In this document: in pieces, positions 7,002 through 13,532 of the stretch
How the letters are laid out: the number at the start of each line of letters is the position of its first letter
How positions within the stretch are numbered: the first letter of the stretch is position 1
NCBI GenBank assembly: GCA_964360965.1
Contig: CAYHYM010000004.1
Span: 30,001-62,000, forward strand
Reading direction: 5' to 3'
Origin: an uncultured Gammaproteobacteria bacterium
Lineage (GTDB): Bacteria > Patescibacteriota > Microgenomatia > Daviesbacterales > UBA10151
DNA length: 32,000 nt
Notes under the pieces: model-generated
The model's input: the letters and a program-made list of their open reading frames with translations, nothing else
What the model was told of the DNA's origin: nothing
Database searches by the model: none
Translations under genes and position numbers: made by a program

Positions 7002-7201
7002 GTGCCCAACTTAACTTCAGCTAAAGTGTTGTGTTTATGAAATCCATTAGAGGGGATCGACTCAAATAGCTTAATCGACGATATCCGTATTGGATTAAAA
7101 GGCATGGCCATAAGTTTTTCCATTTCCACTTCTAATTTTTGATCTACTTTTAAATGGTTGTTGAGCTTGGAAATATTGAAATCTTCACTTTTGATAAAGA
7201 C
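6998..7201 (-). pseudogene. Relic 3' end of a thpR paralogue (67 in-frame codons, no start)
   Basis: Translates to ...FNISKLNNHLKVDQKLEVEMEKLMAMPFNPIRISSIKLFESIPSNGFHKHNTLAEVKLGT*, against the ThpR C-terminus HITIAKLNNHLKVDQKLEVEMEKLMAMPFNPIKISSIKLFESVPQEGFHKHNTLAEVKLV*. Positions 7092-7170 are identical to 12687-12765. Confidence 0.85.
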
Positions 7202-7223
7202 TTAAAAAAGTTAAGGTAAAAAT

Positions 7224-7307
7224 TACCAGGCTATTTTAGAGGGGAAAGGTGAGTTTCAGTTTACAGACCACCGCTACAAAAAAGATATTTATTTCTTGAA
7301 ACGTTAA
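7224..7307 (+). pseudogene. Relic 3' end of a PD-(D/E)XK nuclease paralogue
   Basis: YQAILEGKGEFQFTDHRYKKDIYFLKR*, against YHAILDGKGEFQFTDYRYKKDVYYLPK* at 4814-4897. Confidence 0.8.
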
Positions 7308-8845
7308 TAAATAGGCTCGAGGTCTTTTTCTACAACTTTTTCTATTAAAGTTTGTCCAGGGAAGATATAAATAAGTCTGATTTTGCCTGAACCGACCTTG
7401 TTCAGTTCGTCAATAATAGTTGTAACTTTACTTGACTTAATATCAGTAAAAGGTTTGGCGACGGAATGGTATCTGCTGATAAAACCTTCTAGTTCGGAAG
7501 CTGCCAGAATCACCACTACATTTTTATCCAGAAGTGTGGTCATTTCGCCTTTAAGCTTACCTTGTTCTCGTAATAGGTTTTCAATTACTTGATAAAATTG
7601 GTTAAAATCTTGGGTGTTTGATTTACAGTTAATAATAAACTGTTGGACCTTTTCTTGTGTCTCAGAATTTACTGCGATAGACCCCTCTAGGATGTGACCT
7701 TCAAAGGCTGAAGTACTACTGTTGTAGACAGAAGGTAACCCAAGGAGAATAGTATGTGCTACCTCAATTTGGTGTTCCGCAAGCTCTGCTAACACGCTTC
7801 TTACTGCTTGTTTTGGGTCAATATAGTCAATTCCAGGTTCTTGTTCTAGTAATTTGCCAACGCCTCCGTGCATAGCGGTGGAGCTAAAAGTGATTATTGG
7901 GGGTATTCTTCTCTCCCTAGGTAGTGCTTTCGCGCGAGCCATTAATTCAGGCATATGAGCTTTTAAACTTTGGCCATATAAATTAGTGTCAATTGAGCCT
8001 GATAGTTTTGGATCAGAGATCGGATAAATCTCAGGAAACGAGCGATCGCCAAAATAGTTCTTCCCCAAGGCTGTAATTAGAGAGTTCATCAGGGCTTCGG
8101 TGAAATGGGCAGTATCACGACCGCTATCTCCACCAACAACAATAATTGGTCTTCTAGCAATCACTCTTGTTTCTTCTGGTTTACTAATATCCGGAGTAAT
8201 GGTTTGTATTGGTAGTCTTTGAATACCCTTCAGGTAGCGTCTAATATCAAATCCAACGTAAAATCTAGGGTCTCCTGAAGAAGAAAATACTGTATCCTCA
8301 TAAGGATAATCTGCTCCAGTAATTAGGTCACGATCAAAAAAATGCCTTATGGGAATATCAGTTTGGGTAAATGGGTTAACGGTGCCATACTCAAGACCTA
8401 GCTTGGTCACATCAGCACGCTTTAGATCAGACTCACTAACATCTAAGTGCTGGGCCAATTTGGTAAAGTCTAGCTCTCGATCAGCTCTGGTATGAGTTAT
8501 AACTAGGGGATAACCAGGAGCTGTTAGGGCATTAGATCTCATAATTCGCCATAGTTCTACTCCTTGCTCTCCCTCGAAAATCGCAGCCGCAGCATTTTCT
8601 CTTACAGATCTGGGACGGCCTTGATTTTTACCAAAAAAATAATGAACTCCGTATTCAAAACGCAAAAGTGGCGGGACTGGAGTTTCTGTATATATCTCAT
8701 CTCTAATCTCTGCCGGGACATCAAAAATGGTCAGGCAAAGTGAATCAAAATGGCTGGCGATTTGAGCCAGTCTTTCCACCACAGGATCGCTTTCTTCAAG
8801 GCCAAGTTGCTTTGGGTTAAATCCAACCTGTAATAATTGTTCCAT
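7304..8845 (-). CDS. Fusion protein: N-terminal YbaK/ProX-like aminoacyl-tRNA deacylase fold plus C-terminal Asp/Glu-racemase-like fold lacking both catalytic Cys
   Basis: N-terminal half: PLVITHTRADRELDFTKLAQHLDV...LGLEYGTVNPF...FSSSGDPRFYVGF follows the YbaK block pattern. C-terminal half: IIVVGGDSGRDTA, IITFSSTAMHGG (in place of CNTAH) and VVILAASELEG (in place of GCTE) follow the Asp/Glu racemase blocks. Confidence 0.55.
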   Translation of the reverse strand: MEQLLQVGFNPKQLGLEESDPVVERLAQIASHFDSLCLTIFDVPAEIRDEIYTETPVPPLLRFEYGVHYFFGKNQGRPRSVRENAAAAIFEGEQGVELWRIMRSNALTAPGYPLVITHTRADRELDFTKLAQHLDVSESDLKRADVTKLGLEYGTVNPFTQTDIPIRHFFDRDLITGADYPYEDTVFSSSGDPRFYVGFDIRRYLKGIQRLPIQTITPDISKPEETRVIARRPIIVVGGDSGRDTAHFTEALMNSLITALGKNYFGDRSFPEIYPISDPKLSGSIDTNLYGQSLKAHMPELMARAKALPRERRIPPIITFSSTAMHGGVGKLLEQEPGIDYIDPKQAVRSVLAELAEHQIEVAHTILLGLPSVYNSSTSAFEGHILEGSIAVNSETQEKVQQFIINCKSNTQDFNQFYQVIENLLREQGKLKGEMTTLLDKNVVVILAASELEGFISRYHSVAKPFTDIKSSKVTTIIDELNKVGSGKIRLIYIFPGQTLIEKVVEKDLEPIY

Positions 8846-8874
8846 ATATCTATTATCTATGTGATAGAGCAGGT

Positions 8875-8903
8875 ATTATACACTATAAGGCTTATTATGT
8901 CAA
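8875..8903 (-). promoter_or_regulatory. Perfect consensus promoter TTGACA-17-TATAAT for the 513-aa gene
   Basis: Minus strand: TTGACA (8903-8898), 17-nt spacer, TATAAT (8880-8875). Leader of about 29 nt to the ATG at 8845. Confidence 0.6.
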
Positions 8904-8925
8904 AATGATTAAACTAAGGATTTTT

Positions 8926-8957
8926 GTGTTTTTAAAACACTTGTTGACATATTGTCA
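8926..8957. promoter_or_regulatory. Two adjacent palindromes (candidate operators) overlapping the glutaminase -35 box
   Basis: GTGTTTT-t-AAAACAC (8926-8940) and TGACA-tat-TGTCA (8945-8957). Confidence 0.4.
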
Positions 8958-8974
8958 TACAGATGTGTTATACT
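8944..8974 (+). promoter_or_regulatory. Promoter for the glutaminase operon, apparently leaderless
   Basis: TTGACA (8944-8949), 19-nt spacer containing TGt, then TATACT (8969-8974). The ATG at 8981 is 6 nt downstream. No SD. Confidence 0.5.
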
Positions 8975-8980
8975 TAAGTT

Positions 8981-10711
8981 ATGGCATTAAAAAGAACTAC
9001 CCTAAGGATAGATGAAGACTTAAAAAAAGATACTCAACAGCGAGCCTTAGAGGAGAATACCACTCAACAAGAAATTCTCAATAGAGCTTTAAAGAAATAT
9101 TTAAGAACTGAGGTTCAGAAAGAGCTTGCTAGGGAAACAGTGGCCGAGCCACAGGAAGTAACTACAAAAAAGGCTAGTTCGAGTAAACCAGCAGATGTAA
9201 TTGATTTGATATTTAGCTCACTGGATATCGAAGCCAGGGGTTTTATTAAAAAGGGAGATTTGATAGATGCCCTTAATTTTAGAGGAATTCTAGAGGATGA
9301 CATTAGGATTAAAAATGTCATGGAGGCTTTGAGTAAAACTAATAAAGACGATGATATCCCCCCCCAAACCTTCCGCAGGATTGTTGGGCCGTACATTACA
9401 TTAATTGAAAAAGCCCTGACTGGTAGTCTGGTTATCCCCGATTTTAAGAATTTCTGTAGTTTTATTACTAATCTTTATAATCGCACAATTCAAAACAAAG
9501 ATGGCGAGGTTTCAGATTACATACCTGAGCTAAAAGGAGTTGACCCAAATAACTATGCTATTTCCATTTGTACTATAGACGGACAGAGATTTAATTTGGG
9601 AGATTACAATACTCCCTATCTAGCCCAATCTACTGCCAAACCCATAAATTATTGTCTGGCCTTAGAAGAGCACGGCGAAGAAGTAGTTCATAAAAAGATT
9701 GGCAGAGAACCTTTAGGCAAAGGTTTAAATCAGTTGACTCTAAACAGTCAAGGATTGCCGCATAATCCTTTAAATGGTACAGGAGCAATTATGTCGGCCT
9801 CCTTGATTGGCCAAGAACTTTCCCTGGAAGACCGTTTTGAACAGGCTTTAAAGAAATGGAAGTCGCTTTCCGGAGGAATTAATCCTGGATTTTCAAAATC
9901 AGCTTACGATTCAGCTAAACATGTTGCGGATAAAGATCTGGCGCTAGCTTATTTTATGAGATTGAATCAGTTGTTTTCCAAAGGATCAAATTTAGAAGAA
10001 TATTTGGACTTTCTGTTTAAATGCTTATCTATTGAAACTACCACTGAAGCTCAAGCAATTATTGCTGCCACTTTGGCAAACGCCGGAGTTTGTCCGACCA
10101 ATGGGGAAGCCGTGTTAAAAATGGAGACTACAAAGAATTGTTTATCTTTGATGTATTCCTGCGGTATGGAAGATTACTCGTCTGAGTTTGCTTTTGCAAT
10201 AGGACTTCCTGCTAAAAGCGGTATTTCAGGATCGATTATGATAGTTGTGCCTAATGTGATGGGAATTGCGATTTATTCTCCTAGGGTTGATAGTAATGGC
10301 AATAGTGTTAAAGGATTAGATTTATGTAATAAATTAATCCAGAGATTTAATTTTCATAATTACGATAGCTTAACTAAAAAACTGGATAAAATTGATCCCA
10401 GGCTTTTGAAAAATGAAAATAAAATGAGGGGCGTGATGGCTGTTTGTACTGCTGCTTCTCAGGGAGATCTATATGAGATCCAAAGGTTAGAGGCCTCGGG
10501 GGTTGCTTTGGATGAAGGTGATTATGATGCCAGAACCGGCATACATCTGGCAGCCTCGGAAGGTCACGAAGAGGTAGTTCGCTATTTTATTGAAAGAAGA
10601 GTGGATATTAACCCTAAAGACCGTTGGGGTGGGACACCTTTAGCTGATGCCATGAGAGGTAACCACACTGCGGTAATTGAACTGTTGGAGAAAAATGGAG
10701 CCAGGCTATGA
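8981..10711 (+). CDS. glsA: Glutaminase with animal-GLS-like architecture (EF-hand-like helical domain + glutaminase + C-terminal ankyrin repeats), fused to an N-terminal RHH/VapB-like DNA-binding domain
   Basis: N-terminus KRTTLRIDEDLKKDTQQRALEENTTQQEILNRALKKYL (RHH). Core blocks VIPDFKNF, DYIPEL, CTIDGQR, QSTAKPINY (SxxK), HNPLNGTGAI, ATLANAGVCP, LSLMYSCGMEDYS, GLPAKSGISGS, VVPNVMG, NSVKG, FHNYD. C-terminus DYDARTGIHLAASEGHEEVVRYFI...DRWGGTPLADA (ANK). Confidence 0.85.
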   Translation: MALKRTTLRIDEDLKKDTQQRALEENTTQQEILNRALKKYLRTEVQKELARETVAEPQEVTTKKASSSKPADVIDLIFSSLDIEARGFIKKGDLIDALNFRGILEDDIRIKNVMEALSKTNKDDDIPPQTFRRIVGPYITLIEKALTGSLVIPDFKNFCSFITNLYNRTIQNKDGEVSDYIPELKGVDPNNYAISICTIDGQRFNLGDYNTPYLAQSTAKPINYCLALEEHGEEVVHKKIGREPLGKGLNQLTLNSQGLPHNPLNGTGAIMSASLIGQELSLEDRFEQALKKWKSLSGGINPGFSKSAYDSAKHVADKDLALAYFMRLNQLFSKGSNLEEYLDFLFKCLSIETTTEAQAIIAATLANAGVCPTNGEAVLKMETTKNCLSLMYSCGMEDYSSEFAFAIGLPAKSGISGSIMIVVPNVMGIAIYSPRVDSNGNSVKGLDLCNKLIQRFNFHNYDSLTKKLDKIDPRLLKNENKMRGVMAVCTAASQGDLYEIQRLEASGVALDEGDYDARTGIHLAASEGHEEVVRYFIERRVDINPKDRWGGTPLADAMRGNHTAVIELLEKNGARL

Positions 10712-11013
10712 AAAGTGATATTAAGACAACCGGAGTAATGGCGCTTGACTGGGCAGCGGCTCAGGGAGATTTGCACGAGATTCAAAGGTTAGTCGCATCC
10801 GGCGCAGATTTGAACGAAGGTGATTATGATGGGAGAACCGCAATACATCTGGCAGCCTCGGAAGGACAGGAAGAAATTGTCAGGTATTTAATTGCGAAAG
10901 GTGTAAATATTAATCCTAGGGATCGTTGGGGTGGGACACCTTTAGCTGATGCCATGAGAGGTAACCACACCAAAGTTATAGAGCTTTTGAAAAAACATAA
11001 TGCACAGAAATAA
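10708..11013 (+). CDS. Stand-alone ankyrin-repeat protein, a tandem duplicate of the glutaminase ANK tail
   Basis: DYDGRTAIHLAASEGQEEIVRYLI...DRWGGTPLADAMRGNHTKVIELL. ATGA overlap with the glutaminase gene. Identical DNA blocks at an offset of 302 bp. Confidence 0.8.
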   Translation: MKSDIKTTGVMALDWAAAQGDLHEIQRLVASGADLNEGDYDGRTAIHLAASEGQEEIVRYLIAKGVNINPRDRWGGTPLADAMRGNHTKVIELLKKHNAQK

Positions 11014-11024
11014 TCTAATTTCCT

Positions 11025-12125
11025 ATGAATGATAAACAAATTTCTCCTCCCAATAAAATAAAAGTTTATGTATTAAACACAGGTGGAACTCTGGGAATGG
11101 TGGGTAAACCGCTTCGTCCCGCTAAATCAGCTGCAGAGCTTTTAGAGGGAATTAATACTCCGCCTGAAGTGGAACTTATCATAGATGATTTTAAGTTTAG
11201 GCAGGATTCTACTAATATTTTGCATGCTGAAAGGCTAATGATGGCTAGGCAAATAGCCGAAAATTATAAAACCCATGATGCTTTTGTCATTATGCACGGG
11301 ACTGATTCTATGGCAGAAACAGCTGCAGCTTTTTGTATGTTCTTTAAATTATCTTTACAAAAGCCTTTAATTTTAGTTGGTGCTCAGATGTCTAAAGATG
11401 AGCCTGGTTCAGATGTACAACTGCAGTTATCAAATACTTTTAGAGTTGCCAGCGCCTTTCATAGATATAATATTGTGGGTGTTTATAATGTTTGTATCGG
11501 TGATATTTGGGATGGGTCAAGGCTTAGGAAAAGAGCAGAGTCAAATTTCATGGCTTTTTACACTCCAGGTCGTCATCCGGTGGCCAGAATTTGGCCTCAT
11601 ATTCACTTTGATGAAGGGTTAAGATATAAAGATCCTGTTTTGGCAGTTCAGGATTTAAAGATTGATGGTGTGCTAGAGCGTAAAGTAGCTACTTTTAAAG
11701 TATCAGCAGATACACCTCCATGGGTAGTAATGGATCAAGTTTTAAAAAATCGCCTCAAAGGGGTCATTTTAGAGTGTAAAGGTGCAGGAAATATTCCAAA
11801 TCGTGAATGGGAAGATTATGAAAACGGGACAACTTATTCATGGATTGATGTAATTGCGGCAGCAACTAAAGCTGGAATCCATGTGGGGATTATTTCACCT
11901 TTTGAAGATGGCAGAGTTATCCTAGGTCGTTATGAGCTGGGAGCAGAAGCACTTGAGGCAGGGGCAATTAGCTTAGAAAGTCTGACTCCAGATATGGCAG
12001 ATATTAAGTTTAGACAGGCTATTGCTATGTTTCCTACAGATAGAGAAAAAATTCAAGAATTTATTTCAACTAATATTATTGGAGAATTACTTACCGGAGC
12101 AGAAGATTCTGAGGAATTCATTTAG
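11025..12125 (+). CDS. ansA: Type I (cytosolic, AnsA/ASPG-like) L-asparaginase
   Basis: LNTGGTLGM (TGGTIG motif), IMHGTDSMAETA (HGTDTM motif), ILVGAQ, and the GAGN block in the C-terminal domain. Confidence 0.8.
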   Translation: MNDKQISPPNKIKVYVLNTGGTLGMVGKPLRPAKSAAELLEGINTPPEVELIIDDFKFRQDSTNILHAERLMMARQIAENYKTHDAFVIMHGTDSMAETAAAFCMFFKLSLQKPLILVGAQMSKDEPGSDVQLQLSNTFRVASAFHRYNIVGVYNVCIGDIWDGSRLRKRAESNFMAFYTPGRHPVARIWPHIHFDEGLRYKDPVLAVQDLKIDGVLERKVATFKVSADTPPWVVMDQVLKNRLKGVILECKGAGNIPNREWEDYENGTTYSWIDVIAAATKAGIHVGIISPFEDGRVILGRYELGAEALEAGAISLESLTPDMADIKFRQAIAMFPTDREKIQEFISTNIIGELLTGAEDSEEFI

Positions 12126-12135
12126 AGTAAGTTTT

Positions 12136-12180
12136 TTACCCAAGTTTAACTTCAGCCAGAATGTTATGTTTATGGAAGCC
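12136..12180 (-). pseudogene. Second relic of the thpR 3' end (last 14 codons plus stop)
   Basis: GFHKHNILAEVKLG*, against ThpR GFHKHNTLAEVKLV*. Confidence 0.7.
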
Positions 12181-12193
12181 ATTTTTGTAGAAA

Positions 12194-12313
12194 TCAAAGT
12201 AATTCTTTAAGTTCATCTATGGAAATTTCCACTGACTTTAAAATACTCATTAGAGTTTTTCTTTTGAGAGCTTTAATGACCTCCTTTGGCTTAACAACTG
12301 GAATTTTGGGCAT
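12194..12313 (-). pseudogene. hicA: HicA toxin remnant with an in-frame internal deletion (39 aa)
   Basis: MPKIPVVKPKEVIKALKRK|TLMSILKSVEISIDELKELL* keeps the HicA N- and C-termini but lacks the central GSH...H core. Its start abuts the hicB stop. Confidence 0.65.
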
Positions 12314-12577
12314 TTAAGAAAGAGTTTGCTGGATGGGTATATCAATTGTTGTCATAAAGCTGGGACCTTTTTCTTCAGGAACTATTTCATTATGTTTTTT
12401 TAAACTGGCAATATATACGCTGATAGCATCTTTAACCATCTCCACAGCTTCTTCCAAACTGTTACCTTCTGTGACACATCCTGGCAGAGCAGGTACAATC
12501 ACCACATACCCACCTTCTTCAGCTGGTTCAAAAATAGCAGTATATTTTAAGATTTTTTGAGAGATTTTCTTAGCCAT
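12314..12577 (-). CDS. hicB: HicB-family antitoxin
   Basis: YTAIFEPAEEGGYVVIVPALPGCVTEGNSLEEAVEMVKDAI is the HicB/UPF0150 signature. Confidence 0.8.
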   Translation of the reverse strand: MAKKISQKILKYTAIFEPAEEGGYVVIVPALPGCVTEGNSLEEAVEMVKDAISVYIASLKKHNEIVPEEKGPSFMTTIDIPIQQTLS

Positions 12578-12595
12578 GGAGTTATTATAGCATTT

Positions 12596-13162
12596 TCAAA
12601 CTAACTTTACTTCAGCTAAAGTATTATGTTTGTGGAAACCTTCTTGGGGAACTGATTCAAACAGTTTAATGGAGGAAATTTTAATGGGATTAAAAGGCAT
12701 GGCCATAAGTTTTTCCATTTCCACTTCTAATTTTTGATCTACTTTTAAATGGTTGTTGAGCTTGGCAATGGTGATATGAGGAATGAAACGACGTTCATCT
12801 GCTGTGAGCCTTAAAGTGGCCAAGCTATCTTTGATGCGCTCACGAATAAGTAAAATTTTATCTATATCCCCTTTGACTCCAATCCAAAGAACTTGAGGAT
12901 GGTGGAGGTTTGGAAATCCATCAATATAGGCAGGGGTAACTTCAAATGCAGGAATATTCGCTACAGCATTTCTGATAATTTCAACTAATTTATCCTTTAA
13001 TCCATCCGGTTGTTCTCCTAAAAAAGCTAAAGTCAGGTGAATTTTGTCTAAATCAGTAATTCTTACTTGAGTAATTAATGTATGCAATTTAGCTTGTATA
13101 GCTTGAAACTGCAATCTATTCTCTTTCGGAATTTCAAGTGCTATGAAAAACCTTATACCCAT
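12596..13162 (-). CDS. thpR: RNA 2',3'-cyclic phosphodiesterase (2H family, LigT/ThpR)
   Basis: Two HxTx motifs (HLTLAFLG and HITIAKL) at the expected spacing. Confidence 0.85.
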   Translation of the reverse strand: MGIRFFIALEIPKENRLQFQAIQAKLHTLITQVRITDLDKIHLTLAFLGEQPDGLKDKLVEIIRNAVANIPAFEVTPAYIDGFPNLHHPQVLWIGVKGDIDKILLIRERIKDSLATLRLTADERRFIPHITIAKLNNHLKVDQKLEVEMEKLMAMPFNPIKISSIKLFESVPQEGFHKHNTLAEVKLV

Positions 13163-13176
13163 AAATCATACTATAT

Positions 13177-13206
13177 TTGACAACGCTTTTAAAAAGTGCC
13201 TACACT
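13177..13206 (+). promoter_or_regulatory. Promoter for ORF 13215 (leaderless)
   Basis: TTGACA (13177-13182), 18-nt spacer, TACACT (13201-13206). The ATG is 8 nt downstream. Confidence 0.5.
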
Positions 13207-13214
13207 TAAATAGT

Positions 13215-13529
13215 ATGGCAATGGCGGTTGAAGCTCCCCCTCAGCCAAGAGCAAAAGCTGAAATAAGAGTTATTAAATCTGATCCTGAAGTTTTGGATGA
13301 GCAAGTACTCTATCAACAAGGAGCTTATAAAAGAGTCAGGCAATATCTACGAGGCTGGTATCCTAAATTGGGAGTTTTACATATGGGCTGGCAAGGTCAA
13401 GAAACCATTGTAGAAAGAGATGTTATTACAGCCAGTGTAAGATTTAGAGTAAGCCAGGGTATTGATAGGTATACCTTCACTGACTTGACAAATAGACCGG
13501 GATTTCTTATTGTTAAAGCAACAACTTAA
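13215..13529 (+). CDS. Hypothetical protein (104 aa)
   Basis: Start moved to the ATG at 13215 because the promoter lies inside the longer ORF-track call, which also overlaps the thpR start. Confidence 0.5.
   Translation: MAMAVEAPPQPRAKAEIRVIKSDPEVLDEQVLYQQGAYKRVRQYLRGWYPKLGVLHMGWQGQETIVERDVITASVRFRVSQGIDRYTFTDLTNRPGFLIVKATT
13485..13513 (+). promoter_or_regulatory. Putative promoter for the riboswitch transcript
   Basis: TTGACA (13485-13490), 17-nt spacer, TATTGT (13508-13513). About 20 nt upstream of riboswitch helix P1. Confidence 0.4.
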
Positions 13530-13532
13530 TAT

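Noticed and set aside
10582-11039. Minus-strand ORFs 10582..10785 and 10824..11039
   Set aside because: They are antisense to the two ankyrin-coding segments. They are paralogous to each other only because the sense strand is duplicated.
7304-12125. Integrase, transposase or tRNA att site that would explain the island
   Set aside because: None of the ORFs shows recombinase or transposase motifs, and I could not recognise a tRNA-like sequence in any spacer. The only boundary signals are the relic gene ends reported as a finding.
13143-13214. Longer start for ORF 13143..13529
   Set aside because: The extension overlaps the thpR start on the opposite strand and contains the TTGACA-18-TACACT promoter. 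The ATG at 13215 fits the leaderless pattern.
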